DNA of 64,000 bases from Acutalibacteraceae bacterium (GCA_963647785.1 CAVJBF010000002.1:23717-87716), one strand, 5' to 3'; shown: positions 1 to 13,023, numbered from the stretch's first letter. A program made the numbers and translations. The notes: generated by a model not told the origin, from the letters alone.

Positions 1-7
1 GTTGATT

Positions 8-82
8 TGGTACCCCCGGCGGGAATCGAACCCACATCGCAACCTTCGGAGGGTCGCATTCTATCCATTGAAATACGGGGAT
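8..82 (-). tRNA. tRNA-Arg (anticodon CCG)
   Basis: Cloverleaf folded by hand on the minus strand. Acceptor ATCCCCG/CGGGGGT. T-arm GTGGG-TTCGATT-CCCGC. Anticodon stem CGACC/GGTTG with loop CTCCGAA (anticodon CCG). D-loop AATGGATA. CCA is encoded. A TATAAT hexamer lies about 11 nt upstream on the same strand. Confidence 0.8.
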
Positions 83-186
83 GCAGCGCGGGATTATAGC
101 CTGAAAAGACCGTCGTCCCGCGCCCTTTTTCGCCAAAAGGCGAAAACGACTCTGTCGGGGCAGAACCCTCGAGAGTCTTTCTGTCA

Positions 187-675
187 TCAGACAAAGAAGC
201 GCATGATCTCCATGCTGATGAAGGCCATCAGCACAGAATTCAGCATCAGAACCGGCCAGTACTTCTTCGGCACGTCGGCCACGCCCAGAAGGCGGCCCAT
301 GTACTGAATCTGAGAAGCCATCAGAATGAAGCAAGGCGCGAGAATCGTGACGTCATGCGGCGTGAGGGTGCCGTGAGCCGCAAGGCTTGCCGCCACGCCA
401 ACGCCGGCGCCGCAGGAGAGCCACGTCGCCAGAAGCACCGTAACCGCTTCCCCCGGCAGATCAAAGATGCTCATGAGACCGCCGCAAGTGTGGCCCAGAA
501 AATCCATTACGCCAAAGAGGCGGAGCATCTGGGTGAGCACAAACGCCATCAAAACATTGGGCAGCAGGCTGTAGAGGCCGATGTTGAGGCCCTTGCGCAG
601 ACCAACGATGAAAATATCAAACGGATTATTGGATTCCTTCTTCTGCTCGGCAGCATTCGTCGCATTAGTTGTCAT
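187..675 (-). CDS. yjiG: YjiG/SpmB-family inner-membrane protein (nucleoside-recognition Gate domain)
   Basis: 162-aa ORF resembling E. coli YjiG along its length (LLPNV.MAFV, LPGEA.TVLLA, GVGVAASLA). It overlaps the upstream yjiH-like ORF by 11 nt. Confidence 0.8.
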   Translation of the reverse strand: MTTNATNAAEQKKESNNPFDIFIVGLRKGLNIGLYSLLPNVLMAFVLTQMLRLFGVMDFLGHTCGGLMSIFDLPGEAVTVLLATWLSCGAGVGVAASLAAHGTLTPHDVTILAPCFILMASQIQYMGRLLGVADVPKKYWPVLMLNSVLMAFISMEIMRFFV

Positions 676-1345
676 TTTCGAAATCCTTCTTGTAGAGCGT
701 CGAAAGAACAGAGCGGATCAAAGCGCCGCCAACAAACTTCAGGCAGATGATGATGATCACGGGAATCCACACTGGGCACACGAACATCGGGAAGAGCGCC
801 GACACCGTGGAGTAGTAGTTGTTGATGCAGCCCGCACCAGCGTACTGCCAGGCGCAGATCGTGATGAGCTGCTTTTGGGTGACGCGCTTCTCATCGTAAA
901 GAGCACGCGTCAGCGCAGCGCCGCCGTCCGTGCTCTGGAAGTCCGTCACAAGCGCCAAGCCCGTGTACCCCGGAACGCCAAGGATCGGCTTCAAAAGCGG
1001 CGTCATCAGCACCTGCGCAGCACGCAGAGCACCGTAGTGAGCGAGCACCTCAATGAGCCCCAGCGCCAGCATCACGCCCGGAATCAAAGAGAGCGAAAAG
1101 AGGAAGCCGGCGCGAGCGCTGTCGCCACCGGCGCCAGCGAAGGTGTTCTTCGAGCCGGCAATGGTGCCGAAATGACCGATCAACGTCGTAAAGTCAAAAG
1201 CGCCGAGCCATTTCTGGCCCTCCGGCATCTTGTAGAAGACGCCCGAGAAGAGAACGACGGCGAGTGCGAGCGCAATGTACGCACCGATGCCGACCTTCTT
1301 CTCCGGTTCTGCCGTCTTGGCAGCAGGAGCTTGAGGTTCCGTCAT
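665..1345 (-). CDS. yjiH: YjiH-family nucleoside-recognition domain membrane protein
   Basis: 226-aa polytopic membrane ORF. Size and pairing with yjiG match the E. coli yjiH-yjiG arrangement. Confidence 0.7.
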   Translation of the reverse strand: MTEPQAPAAKTAEPEKKVGIGAYIALALAVVLFSGVFYKMPEGQKWLGAFDFTTLIGHFGTIAGSKNTFAGAGGDSARAGFLFSLSLIPGVMLALGLIEVLAHYGALRAAQVLMTPLLKPILGVPGYTGLALVTDFQSTDGGAALTRALYDEKRVTQKQLITICAWQYAGAGCINNYYSTVSALFPMFVCPVWIPVIIIICLKFVGGALIRSVLSTLYKKDFENDN

Positions 1346-1570
1346 GAGTGAATCCCTGTTGAAAGAGTGAAATTTCTTTTTGTCTTCTCCTGTCTAGTCT
1401 GAAGCTCCGTCGGATGACGGCGGTTCCGATAGCAACCGGCCCCCATTAGAAATTCAGCCAGAATCAAGAGCGCGCAGGATTTTACCCGAGGATGAAAAGC
1501 CCCATCGGCGAACGGCCGTCCTCGTGGGGGATTGTGACTAGAAGCCGCAGAAACTCAGCCCAAACGAACA

Positions 1571-3577
1571 TCAGACTTCCTGTGGATCCACTTCAATGCG
1601 CCAGGTGACGCCAGGCTCCTGCACAAAGCCGGCGCTCCATTGCTTCAAAAAGCGATGAAGCGCTGCCCGGCTGTCGCTTTCCACCAGAAGTTGCGCTCGC
1701 TCCACATCCATCAAGCGAAAGAGCGCCATCGGCACCGGATCGTAGACTGCCACTGCGCCGTCTTCATTCATCGTCTGCGCCGCCTCCGCCGCGCGAGATA
1801 AAAACCCCAGCGCCCGCTCGAGCGTGTTGGCCTGCGCCTTCACCAACGCCTGATGCACAAAAGGCGGCGCGTGAAGATCCCGCCGGTCTTCCAAGACGCG
1901 CTCAGCAAACTCCCGATAGTTTTGATGCCGAAGCGCCTCGTAGATGGGATGGTCTGGGTAGCGCGTCTGCACAGCCACCTCCCCCGTCGTCTCTCCACGA
2001 CCGGCGCGCCCCGCCACCTGCATGAGCGTTGCAAAAAGCCGCTCCTCGGCGCGCACATCAGGGCTCACCAGCTGCGCGTCAGCGTTGAGCACCCCCACCA
2101 CCGACACTTTCTGAAAGTCGTGTCCCTTGGCAATCATCTGCGTGCCCACCACGATGTCGGCCTTGCCCGCGTGTACCTTCTGGAACGCCTCCTCCGCCGA
2201 TCCCTTCTTTGACGTGCTGTCACTGTCAATTCGAAGAATCGCCCGATCAGGCCAAGTCGCCTCCACAAGCTCCTCAATTTTCTGCGTCCCGGAGCCAATC
2301 GCAATGAGGTCAGCATTGCCGCAAGTCGGGCAATGCGTCGGAATCGGATAGTTCGTGCCGCAGTGGTGGCACACAAGCCGCTTCTCCGCCTTGTGGTAAA
2401 CCGTAAAGCCTGAACAGTGATCACAACGGCTCACCCAACCGCAGGCCGTGCAGGTCAAGGTCGGCGCATAGCCCCGGCGATTCACGAAAAGCAGCGCCTG
2501 CTCTTTTCTCTCAAGCGCAGCGTCCACTTCCGCCTTCAGTGCTGCCGTAATGAAGGTGCCGCCCTTTTCCTGCCGGGTGTCGATGAGTTTCAACGCAGGA
2601 AGCTTCGCATGCGCCGCTGCACGAAGGGTGAGCTGCAGCAACTGGTAGCGTCCTTTCTGCGCCTTCGCCCAAGTTTCCAACGACGGTGTCGCCGATCCCA
2701 TCACACAAGTGATGCCCAGCGTATGAGCCCGCTTCACGGCAAGGTCCCGAGCAGAGTAATAGATGCCATCCCCCGCCTTGTAGCTTGCGTCGTGCTCTTC
2801 ATCCACCAGAATGAGTGAGAGTTTCGTGAAGCTCGCAAAAATTGCCATGCGGGTGCCTACCAGCACGCGAGCTCGCCCCTCATGAACAGCAAGCCAGCTC
2901 GCCGCCCGCTCCTTCAGCGCGAGCTTTGAGTGAAGCGTCACCACACTCTCTCCCGCAAATCGAGATCGAACTCGGTTCTCCAACTGCGGCGTCAGATTGA
3001 TTTCCGGCACGAGCAGCAACACCTGCGCTTCCGGATCTTTTTTCAACACCGCCCGCATGGCGGCGAGATACACCTCTGTCTTGCCCGACCCCGTGACGCC
3101 AAACAAAAGAAAGGGCGAAAAGCCCTTCGCTTCGGTGATGGCCTGCACCGCAGATGCCTGCTCGGCATTCAAAACAGGCGCCTCCGAAGGCGTCACAGCC
3201 TTTTCCTTCAACGTTTTCAGCGAAGCAACCGTCGCTTCATGTCTTGCCCTCGGCACGCGCCGCCAAAAGGGCGGCAGCGCCGGCAACGCCGCCTCTCCCC
3301 AAAAAGAAAGGTAGTAGTCCGCCGCAAAGCGCGTGAAGTCCAGCCATTCCTTTGAAAGCGGCCGAGTATCCGCCAAAAGCTTCGCCACCGATCGCAACTT
3401 CTTCGGCTCAACGTCCGTAGCCGCCCTCAGCTCCGCGACGATGCCAACCACCTTGCGCGTCTGCAAAGGCACCACCACGCGGTCCCCCGCCGCAAGCGCC
3501 ATGTCTTCCGGCACTTTGTAGTCAAGCGGCGGCAGGGGCGAGTCAACCAGCACCCGGGCATACTGAAAGGACGTCAT
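1571..3577 (-). CDS. priA: Primosomal protein N' (replication restart helicase PriA)
   Basis: 668 aa. Walker A GVTGSGKTEVY, DEEHD box and a Cys-rich zinc-binding insert (CTACGW..CDHC..CHHCG..CPTCG). Confidence 0.95.
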   Translation of the reverse strand: MTSFQYARVLVDSPLPPLDYKVPEDMALAAGDRVVVPLQTRKVVGIVAELRAATDVEPKKLRSVAKLLADTRPLSKEWLDFTRFAADYYLSFWGEAALPALPPFWRRVPRARHEATVASLKTLKEKAVTPSEAPVLNAEQASAVQAITEAKGFSPFLLFGVTGSGKTEVYLAAMRAVLKKDPEAQVLLLVPEINLTPQLENRVRSRFAGESVVTLHSKLALKERAASWLAVHEGRARVLVGTRMAIFASFTKLSLILVDEEHDASYKAGDGIYYSARDLAVKRAHTLGITCVMGSATPSLETWAKAQKGRYQLLQLTLRAAAHAKLPALKLIDTRQEKGGTFITAALKAEVDAALERKEQALLFVNRRGYAPTLTCTACGWVSRCDHCSGFTVYHKAEKRLVCHHCGTNYPIPTHCPTCGNADLIAIGSGTQKIEELVEATWPDRAILRIDSDSTSKKGSAEEAFQKVHAGKADIVVGTQMIAKGHDFQKVSVVGVLNADAQLVSPDVRAEERLFATLMQVAGRAGRGETTGEVAVQTRYPDHPIYEALRHQNYREFAERVLEDRRDLHAPPFVHQALVKAQANTLERALGFLSRAAEAAQTMNEDGAVAVYDPVPMALFRLMDVERAQLLVESDSRAALHRFLKQWSAGFVQEPGVTWRIEVDPQEV

Positions 3578-3707
3578 GACAGAGGAACAATCAATGGGAG
3601 GAATTGACGCATCCTACTCGATTCCCAAAAAGACATTTTGTCAACCGCTACCCATAGGGGTAGCCCAACTCATGAAACACAAGATGCTGACCGAGGAAGA
3701 GTCTTCG

Positions 3708-3730
3708 CCTGTGGATAACTTTGTGGAGAA
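3708..3730 (+). promoter_or_regulatory. DnaA-box pair (perfect TGTGGATAA at 3710-3718, then TGTGGAGAA at 3722-3730)
   Basis: Direct read. The first box is a 9/9 match to the complement of TTATCCACA. The second is an 8/9 box 3 nt downstream in the same orientation. Confidence 0.6.
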
Positions 3731-3844
3731 GAGGAAAACGCCGAAACGAACAGTGGAGAGCTCATAACGTCATCCTCCTTGGCGCCAACATCCTAAAAAA
3801 TACAGTTCCTTTTATTTTCAATGCACGGCACGTCAAATCTAAGG

Positions 3845-3884
3845 GAAAAATCAGCCGCTGTCACTTCAAGAATGACAGCGGCTG
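3845..3884 (-). terminator. Rho-independent terminator downstream of hemE
   Basis: Perfect 12-bp stem CAGCCGCTGTCA/TGACAGCGGCTG with a 9-nt loop, followed on the minus strand by ATTTTTCCC. Confidence 0.7.
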
Positions 3885-3895
3885 CATTGAAAAAA

Positions 3896-3918
3896 CCTGT
3901 GGATAACTCTGTGGATTG
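3896..3918 (+). promoter_or_regulatory. DnaA-box pair (perfect TGTGGATAA at 3898-3906, then TGTGGATTG at 3910-3918)
   Basis: Direct read. The 20-nt string CCTGTGGATAACT(T/C)TGTGGA matches the site at 3708 except for one base. Confidence 0.6.
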
Positions 3919-3949
3919 ACTTTTACACGCTTCCTCAGCCCTGCAATTC

Positions 3950-5017
3950 TCAAGCGTGCTTCGTCCGAGAATACTGATGCACTTCATCCACAAGAATCCT
4001 GACTGCTTCCGGATCAGTGAACTGGCTGATGCCGTGGCCGAGATTGAAGACATGGCCGCCCTGCCCCACCGGGCCGAATTCATCCAACAGCCGCCGCGCT
4101 TCCGCGCGAATAGCGTCTTCGCCTGCAAAAAGAACCGCCGGATCCATGTTGCCCTGCAATGCCACCTTGTCGCCAGTGCGGCGTCGCGCCGCCGCAAGAT
4201 TCACGCACCAGTCAACGCCTATGCAGTCAGCGCCGCTAGCCGCGAGATCCTCTAGCCAGTTGCCGCATCCCTTCGTGAAAACGATGACGGGCACCTTCTC
4301 GCCATCGTGCTCACGATGAAGGCCGCGAATAATGTCTGCGATGTACTTGAGAGAGAATGCCTGATAAGCGCCGTCGGCAAGCGCACCGCCCCAGGTGTCA
4401 AAAATCTGCACCGCCTGTGCGCCCGCTTCAATCTGAGCGTTCAGGTACGCCGTGACAGCACGGGCATTGACGTCAAGAATGGCATGCAGCAGATCCGGAC
4501 GACGATAGAGCATCTGCTTTACCGTCGCAAAGTCCTTCGAAGAACCGCCTTCGACCATATAGCAGGCAAGCGTAAAGGGAGAGCCGGAAAAGCCGATGAG
4601 CGGCACGCGGTTGTTGAGAGCCCGGCGGATGACGCTCACCGCATCCGTCACATAACGAAGCTTGTCCGCAGGATCCGGCACATAGAGCCCCTTGACGTCT
4701 TCTTCAGTACGCACAGGCTTCGCGAACACCGGTCCCTCGCCCTTCACAAAGGAAAGACCGAGCCCCATCGCATCCGGCACCGTGAGAATGTCGGAAAAAA
4801 GGATGGCGGCATCCAGACCGAAGCGATCCACCGGCTGCAGCGTCACTTCGCAGGCGCCTTCGGGCGACTGGGCAAGCGCCAGAAAGCTCCCCAAACGTTC
4901 CCGCGTCGCGTTATATTCCGGCAGGTAGCGACCGGCCTGGCGCATCAGCCACAGCGGCGTGTATTCAGTCTGTTCGCGCTTTAAAGCACGCAGGAAAGTA
5001 TCGTTGATCGGTTTCAT
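3950..5017 (-). CDS. hemE: Uroporphyrinogen decarboxylase
   Basis: [11 protein letters not shown] signature. The N-terminus [12 protein letters not shown] aligns with the E. coli HemE start, so I prefer the ATG at 5017 over the ORF-track start at 5095. Confidence 0.93.
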   Translation of the reverse strand: MKPINDTFLRALKREQTEYTPLWLMRQAGRYLPEYNATRERLGSFLALAQSPEGACEVTLQPVDRFGLDAAILFSDILTVPDAMGLGLSFVKGEGPVFAKPVRTEEDVKGLYVPDPADKLRYVTDAVSVIRRALNNRVPLIGFSGSPFTLACYMVEGGSSKDFATVKQMLYRRPDLLHAILDVNARAVTAYLNAQIEAGAQAVQIFDTWGGALADGAYQAFSLKYIADIIRGLHREHDGEKVPVIVFTKGCGNWLEDLAASGADCIGVDWCVNLAAARRRTGDKVALQGNMDPAVLFAGEDAIRAEARRLLDEFGPVGQGGHVFNLGHGISQFTDPEAVRILVDEVHQYSRTKHA

Positions 5018-5366
5018 GAGTCGAAATAAAAAAAGAGCTGCCGTTGTTTCGGAGACTGCCCCCGCCGCTTCAGCGACGCAGACTCCGTGGGTCATACCGC
5101 ATGCCGCGGGCGCCGTTCTGGCCGTCCACGCTCAGCCTGGCGCCAAGCGCGATGCCATTGTCGGAGAATACGACGGAAAACTTAAGGTAGCCCTAACGGC
5201 GCCGCCTGTGGACGGCAAAGCCAACGAAAAGCTTCTGCGTTTTCTCAGCGAAAAAACAGGACTTGCGAAGTCTGCACTGGAACTCATTGCCGGCGACACC
5301 TCCCGCGCCAAGCGCATTCTCTTCAAGGGCCTCTCAGCGGCAGAGCTCTCCGCCCGTCTAAAATAA
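5016..5366 (+). CDS. yggU: DUF167/YggU-family protein
   Basis: Core [41 protein letters not shown] matches the YggU family. The start is uncertain. ATG 5016 is the last in-frame ATG before the conserved core. Confidence 0.7.
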   Translation: MSRNKKRAAVVSETAPAASATQTPWVIPHAAGAVLAVHAQPGAKRDAIVGEYDGKLKVALTAPPVDGKANEKLLRFLSEKTGLAKSALELIAGDTSRAKRILFKGLSAAELSARLK

Positions 5367-5420
5367 AAAAGCCGCCGGCACCGTTGGACGCCAATGTCCA
5401 ACAGCTGCGGGCGGCTTTTC
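5365..5420. terminator. Compound bidirectional terminator hairpin (yggU / usp)
   Basis: Outer stem AAGCCGCC/GGCGGCTT and inner stem GTTGGAC/GTCCAAC, flanked by an A-run and a T-run. Confidence 0.6.
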
Positions 5421-5430
5421 CCAAAAATGC

Positions 5431-5841
5431 TCAGCGAATCACGAGCACAGGACGATCAGCCTTCGCAAGGACCTTCTGCGTTTCAGAACCCAGAATAAGG
5501 CTTCCCAGCGTGCCAAGGCCGCGGCTTGCCATCACGATGCAACGGGCTTCGTAACGGTCGGCCACGCTCAAAATCGCGCTGGAAACTTCCTCGCAATGCT
5601 CGGCAACGAGCTCAAACGGCACCTCCGCCGCTTCCGCAAGACGCTTCACCGCATTGAGGCGCTCCTGAACGTCCTTCGATTCATGCTCCAGGCCCGCCAC
5701 GAGGTTGGGCCTGCCGAGCACTGCCGTCATGCCAACCACCGGAAGCTTCAGCGCCTTGGCGATTTCCACAGCCGATTCAATGCCCTTGTGCGAAAGGTCG
5801 CTGCCATCGGTGCAGACCTGAATCACATCTTTCAACAACAT
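5431..5841 (-). CDS. Universal stress protein (UspA family)
   Basis: 136 aa from the internal ATG (MLLKDVIQVCTDGS...). C-terminal GSETQKVLAKADRPVLVIR is typical of the Usp fold. Confidence 0.8.
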   Translation of the reverse strand: MLLKDVIQVCTDGSDLSHKGIESAVEIAKALKLPVVGMTAVLGRPNLVAGLEHESKDVQERLNAVKRLAEAAEVPFELVAEHCEEVSSAILSVADRYEARCIVMASRGLGTLGSLILGSETQKVLAKADRPVLVIR

Positions 5842-5899
5842 ATCCCTACCCCTATTTGAAAAGTCTGACTCCGTTTTGAACGGATTCGACCATCCTACC

Positions 5900-5932
5900 A
5901 AAAAAAAGACGCTCGGGATGATCCCGAACGTC
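5900..5932 (-). terminator. Rho-independent terminator of the atp operon
   Basis: Hairpin GACGCTCGGGAT-GA-TCCCGAACGTC, followed on the minus strand by an 8-nt T-run. Confidence 0.75.
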
Positions 5933-5969
5933 CTTTTCGCTGCAAACACAGCCAAAGAACCGAAGTCCT

Positions 5970-6380
5970 TTAGTGGCGCATTCTGCGGATGTAGGCAAGC
6001 TGGGCCGCCAGAGCAGACATCGTCGCTTCGAGTTTCGCGATTTCCGTATTGCTCTTGGCCTGTTCCTTGGCCTGCTTGGCATCTTCGAGCGCTTTCTTTG
6101 CCTTAGCTTCATCAAGGTCTTTGCTGCGGATAGCGGTGTCGGAAAGAACCGTCACGCGATCGGGCTGAACCTCAAGAATGCCGCCGGCAACGAAAATATT
6201 TTCCTCCTTACCCTCAGAGGTCTTGACGCGAACAGCGCCCGGACGAATGCGGGTAATGAGCGGGACGTGACCGGGCAGAATGCCGAGTTCACCTTCCTGA
6301 CCGGGAAGCGCCACAAAAGACGCTTCTCCCGAGAAGATGCCCTCTTCTGCACTGACGACGTCAACAAAAAGCGTTGCCAT
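5970..6380 (-). CDS. atpC: F1 ATP synthase epsilon subunit
   Basis: 136 aa. Last gene of the atp cluster. The N-terminal beta-sandwich sequence is typical of epsilon. Confidence 0.93.
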   Translation of the reverse strand: MATLFVDVVSAEEGIFSGEASFVALPGQEGELGILPGHVPLITRIRPGAVRVKTSEGKEENIFVAGGILEVQPDRVTVLSDTAIRSKDLDEAKAKKALEDAKQAKEQAKSNTEIAKLEATMSALAAQLAYIRRMRH

Positions 6381-6460
6381 AAGTTGCTCCGTTTAATCGG
6401 CGGGAAATAACCCCCAGGCGAAGCCGCGGCGATGCGCCGCCGCTTCGCATCTGAGTCTTA

Positions 6461-7867
<1,407 letters not shown>

Positions 7868-7890
7868 TTAATCCTCGGTATTCAAATCTC

Positions 7891-8775
7891 TTAAGACACC
7901 GCAGCGGCACCACCGACGATTTCGGTGATTTCCTTCGTAATGCCGGCCTGACGGGTCTTGTTGTAGACGAGCTGCAGATCTCCGATGAGCTTCTTCGCAT
8001 TGTCCGAAGCCGCCTTCATGGCGACCATACGGGCTGACTGCTCAGAAGCCATATTTTCTGCAACCGCCTGATAAATCAAAGCTTCGACGTAGCGCTTGAG
8101 CAATTCGTCGAGCACAGTCTGCGCATCGGGTTCGTAGATGTAATCCCACGAGTATTGACGCGGCTCTTCACCGATCGCGGCGAGCTTTTCCTCAGAGAGC
8201 GGCAAAAGCTGCTCAACCATCGGAATCTGCTTCATAGCGTTCACGAAACGCGTGTAAGCGAGATACACGGCGTCAACCTTGCCCTGCGCGTACGCATCCA
8301 GCTGAACGCGGATAGCACCGAGCAGGCGTTCGAGGTTGGGCCGATCGCCGAGTTGCACGACCTGACTCACGACCTCCAGACCGAGATGACCGGAAAAGGC
8401 GACAGCCTTGTTGCCGATAGCGGTCACGGAAAGGGACTGGCCCTTTTCGCGGAGTTCCTGAGACTTGTGAAGCACGAGGCGCTGAATGTTGGTGTTCAGC
8501 GCGCCCGCCAGCCCCTTGTCGGTGGCGACGATAATCATCGCCGCCTTGCCCGACTGAGCCTTGTGCTTGACGAGGAAGGGATGCGAGTAGTCCGTCGAAG
8601 ACGCCGCGAGATGCGCAATGATGTTGCGAATCTTGTCAGCGTAAGGACGAGCCTGACGCATCCGATCCTGAGCTTTGCGCATCTTCGAGGCCGCAACCAT
8701 TTCCATCGCCTTCGTGATCTTGCGCGTGTTCTGCACGCTCTTGATCTTTCCGCGAATTTCCTTTGTACTAGGCAT
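7891..8775 (-). CDS. atpG: F1 ATP synthase gamma subunit
   Basis: 294 aa. N-terminal [21 protein letters not shown] and C-terminal [14 protein letters not shown]. Confidence 0.97.
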   Translation of the reverse strand: MPSTKEIRGKIKSVQNTRKITKAMEMVAASKMRKAQDRMRQARPYADKIRNIIAHLAASSTDYSHPFLVKHKAQSGKAAMIIVATDKGLAGALNTNIQRLVLHKSQELREKGQSLSVTAIGNKAVAFSGHLGLEVVSQVVQLGDRPNLERLLGAIRVQLDAYAQGKVDAVYLAYTRFVNAMKQIPMVEQLLPLSEEKLAAIGEEPRQYSWDYIYEPDAQTVLDELLKRYVEALIYQAVAENMASEQSARMVAMKAASDNAKKLIGDLQLVYNKTRQAGITKEITEIVGGAAAVS

Positions 8776-8798
8776 GTGGTCCTCTTAAAAATGCGCAG

Positions 8799-10340
8799 TT
8801 AGTAAGCGCCGTTCTTCTGAAAGTCTTCGATCGCAGCCTTGAGAGCAGCGTTGTCCTCCTTGGAGAGCTGCTTTTCGGCTTCGATGTGGGCGATCAGATC
8901 AGCATACTTCGTCTGCAGGAAGTCGCGCATGGCGCGTTCACAGCGCAAGGCATCCTTCACAGCGACGTTGTCATAGAAGCCCTGTTCCACCGCAAACAGC
9001 GTCACGGCTTCTTCCCAAACCTGCAGAGGCTGGTACTGAGGCTGCTTCATGAGCTCGGTCACCACGCGGCCGCGTTCGAGCTGCTTGCGGGTCGCTTCAT
9101 CAAGGTCGCTCGCGAACTGAGCGAAGGCCGCCAGTTCACGATACTGCGCAAGCGCGAGACGCACGCCGCCGCCCAGCTTCTTGATGATCTTCGTCTGAGC
9201 AGCACCGCCTACGCGAGACACCGAGATACCGGGGTTGATGGCAGGACGAATACCGGCGTTGAAAAGATCCGTTTCCAGGAAGATCTGACCGTCGGTAATC
9301 GAAATCACGTTCGTCGGAACGAAGGCCGTAACGTCGCCAGCCTGCGTTTCAATGATCGGCAGAGCCGTCATGGAGCCGGTCTTGCCCTTCACTTCGCCCT
9401 TCGTGAAGCGTTCGACATAGGTCGGGTTCACGCGAGCGGCGCGTTCGAGCAAGCGGGAGTGCAGATAGAAGACGTCGCCGGGGTAAGCTTCGCGTCCCGG
9501 CGGACGACGCAACAGCAAGGAAATCTGACGATAGGCCCAGGCCTGCTTCGTCAAGTCGTCGTAAACGATGAGGCTGTCCTGGCCGCGATCGCGGAAGTAT
9601 TCGCCCATCGTAGCGCCGGCGTACGGCGCGATGTACTGCAGAGCCGCCGTTTCAGAAGCGGAGGCAGCGACAACGATCGTGTATTCCATGGCGCCGTGCT
9701 CTTCGAGCTGACGGACGACGTTGGCGATCGTGGAGGCCTTCTGACCGATGGCGACATAAACGCAGATGAGGTTCTTGCCCTTCTGGTTGATGATCGTATC
9801 GAGCGCGATGGCGGTCTTGCCCGTCTGACGGTCGCCGATGATGAGTTCGCGCTGGCCGCGGCCGACGGGAATCATGGCGTCGATGGACTTCAAGCCGGTC
9901 TGCACCGGCTGGGACACAGACTGACGTTCGATAACGCCGGGGGCCACCTTTTCGACCACGTCGTATTCCTTCGTGTCGATCGGGCCCTTGCCGTCAATCG
10001 GCTGACCAAGAGCGTTCACTACGCGGCCGATCAAAGCCGGACCGACGGGAACGGAAAGAATGCGGCCGGTCGTCTTGACCGTGTCGCCTTCAGAAATGTG
10101 TTCGTATTCACCAAGAACCACTGCACCGACAGAATCGCGCTCCAGATTCAGAGCAAGGCCGTAGGTGTTGTTGGGAAATTCGAGCATTTCGCCCTGCATC
10201 ACGTCATGAAGACCGTGAACACGGCAGATACCGTCGGTAACCGAAATCACGGTCCCTTGGGTACGGAGATCAGCGGAGACCCCGAGGCCTTCGATTCGCT
10301 GCTTCAGCAGTTCGCTGATTTCACTGGGATTGAGTTGCAT
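8799..10340 (-). CDS. atpA: F1 ATP synthase alpha subunit
   Basis: 513 aa. P-loop GDRQTGKT. Confidence 0.98.
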   Translation of the reverse strand: MQLNPSEISELLKQRIEGLGVSADLRTQGTVISVTDGICRVHGLHDVMQGEMLEFPNNTYGLALNLERDSVGAVVLGEYEHISEGDTVKTTGRILSVPVGPALIGRVVNALGQPIDGKGPIDTKEYDVVEKVAPGVIERQSVSQPVQTGLKSIDAMIPVGRGQRELIIGDRQTGKTAIALDTIINQKGKNLICVYVAIGQKASTIANVVRQLEEHGAMEYTIVVAASASETAALQYIAPYAGATMGEYFRDRGQDSLIVYDDLTKQAWAYRQISLLLRRPPGREAYPGDVFYLHSRLLERAARVNPTYVERFTKGEVKGKTGSMTALPIIETQAGDVTAFVPTNVISITDGQIFLETDLFNAGIRPAINPGISVSRVGGAAQTKIIKKLGGGVRLALAQYRELAAFAQFASDLDEATRKQLERGRVVTELMKQPQYQPLQVWEEAVTLFAVEQGFYDNVAVKDALRCERAMRDFLQTKYADLIAHIEAEKQLSKEDNAALKAAIEDFQKNGAY

Positions 10341-10356
10341 CTTTGAGCTCCGAAAT

Positions 10357-10908
10357 TTATGCGGTGAGCGCCGCCTGCATCTTCTTCAAGCGGGCACGCA
10401 CGGACGTGTCGATGATCTGGTCGCCGACAGTGATGCTCACACCGCCGATCAAGTCCGGATTCACGGTCACGATCGGGTTGAGCTTCTTGCCGGGAAAGCG
10501 ATCAGACAAGTCTGCAAGAACCTGCTTCACGGCCTTGTCATCCAAGGCGTAGGCGGTCTCAATGTAGGCGTCAGCGACGCCTTCGGATTCGTTCTTAAGA
10601 GCGCGGTACTGCGCGGCAATTTCAGGCAGAGCTTCCAGACGACCGTTTTCGATCACAACACGGATCAAACCGGTGAGCTCGGGAGCGAGTCCCTTGCCCA
10701 AGGCACCGGTAATGACCTCGTAGACCTGATCGACGGTCAGTTTGGGGTCGTTCACGAGCTCATTGATCTGAGGATCGTGAGAAACCTCGGCCAGCACGTC
10801 AAGGTACTGACCGATCTTGGTGATCTTCGCCGCGGAAGTGTTGTGTTCCGTAAGCGCCAGCCAAAGGCCTTCGGCGTACGGACGTGCAATCGTCGAAAGT
10901 TCAGCCAT
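10357..10908 (-). CDS. atpH: F1 ATP synthase delta subunit
   Basis: 183 aa. Position between atpF and atpA. RPYAEGLW start is typical of the OSCP/delta family. Confidence 0.9.
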   Translation of the reverse strand: MAELSTIARPYAEGLWLALTEHNTSAAKITKIGQYLDVLAEVSHDPQINELVNDPKLTVDQVYEVITGALGKGLAPELTGLIRVVIENGRLEALPEIAAQYRALKNESEGVADAYIETAYALDDKAVKQVLADLSDRFPGKKLNPIVTVNPDLIGGVSITVGDQIIDTSVRARLKKMQAALTA

Positions 10909-10910
10909 GG

Positions 10911-11381
10911 TCAGAGCTTCGCCTTAAGTTGGTCAAGCATCTGAGCGTGAGCGGCCGCATCGACTTCGCGCTGGAGAATCTTTTCTGCACCGGCGACGGC
11001 AAGAGCCGCCACTTCGTTACGGAGAGCTTCGCGAGCCCGCTGCACTTCCTGAGCGACTTCAGCACGCGCCGCAGCGATGATGGCATCGGCTTCGACCTGG
11101 GCCTGTTCCTTGGCGCTCTCGACAATCTTGGCTCCGCGCTTTTCGCCGTCGGAAACGATCGTCGTCGCACGAGCACGCGCTTCGGCTTCGATTTCACGAC
11201 CCTTGGCTTCCGCTTCCGCCAGAGCGACAGTGCTCTTGTCAGCAGCCGCCAGACCTTCGGCGATCTTCTTTTGGCGTTCTTCGATCGCTTTGACCAAAGG
11301 CGGCCAGATGAACTTCATCGTGATCCAACAACCGATGAAGAACACCAGCATCTGTACAAACAGTGTTGCGTTGATGTTCAT
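10911..11381 (-). CDS. atpF: F0 ATP synthase subunit b
   Basis: 156 aa. One N-terminal TM helix followed by a long charged helix. Position in the operon fits. Confidence 0.9.
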   Translation of the reverse strand: MNINATLFVQMLVFFIGCWITMKFIWPPLVKAIEERQKKIAEGLAAADKSTVALAEAEAKGREIEAEARARATTIVSDGEKRGAKIVESAKEQAQVEADAIIAAARAEVAQEVQRAREALRNEVAALAVAGAEKILQREVDAAAHAQMLDQLKAKL

Positions 11382-11472
11382 TATGGGAACCCCGTTACGT
11401 CAATGCCGGACCAGATGCGGCCGGCACTGACGGCGTCATTGATAAAAAAGACGTTGTGCCGCAGGCTAGGAA

Positions 11473-12608
<1,136 letters not shown>

Positions 12609-12629
12609 AAGTAAACCGATCCTAGGTTT

Positions 12630-12983
12630 TCAATGATTAAAAATCGGCAACAGCAACACGCTGAGCGCGGCAGCAATGATCCCAAAGACCACCGCCGGCC
12701 ACACAAGCCCCGAAAACAAGACAGCCATCAGGAACAGCAGCAGGCACGTCGCCAAAATTTTCAGAAACTCCAGCACCAGCACCATTCCAGGCGCAATCGG
12801 ACGCTTCGTCACATCACTCACAAGAAGGTTCAACACCACCAGCGAGTTTGGTATCGCTACGCACATCCCGCCCATTGCGGCGGAAATCGCCGCGTTCAAG
12901 CTAAAAAATGCTGACAAAACAACCGTTGCAAGAACCAGCATCCACTGGCAGATCACGACGTGAAACAGCTCTTCGCGGTTCAT
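12630..12983 (-). CDS. atpI: ATP synthase protein I
   Basis: 117-aa hydrophobic ORF. First gene of the atp cluster. Confidence 0.75.
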   Translation of the reverse strand: MNREELFHVVICQWMLVLATVVLSAFFSLNAAISAAMGGMCVAIPNSLVVLNLLVSDVTKRPIAPGMVLVLEFLKILATCLLLFLMAVLFSGLVWPAVVFGIIAAALSVLLLPIFNH

Positions 12984-13023
12984 TTCGCGACCCTTGCATG
13001 AATGTATCTGAAAAACTGCATTA

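Noticed and set aside
1346-1570. Possible riboswitch or structured leader upstream of yjiH (small hairpins CGGTT/AACCG and CCGTC/GACGG, with an AACCGCC string reminiscent of the fluoride motif).
   Set aside because: I could not fit the sequence to any riboswitch consensus I know. Part of the region is explained by a priA terminator-like hairpin (CCCCA...TGGGG followed by CTTTT). A covariance-model scan such as Rfam/Infernal would settle it.
3576-3906. Two 61-63-aa ORFs (3576-3767 and 3721-3906, plus strand) in the priA-hemE spacer.
   Set aside because: There is no RBS and no family resemblance. They run through the DnaA-box repeats and the hemE terminator hairpin, so they are more likely non-coding regulatory DNA.
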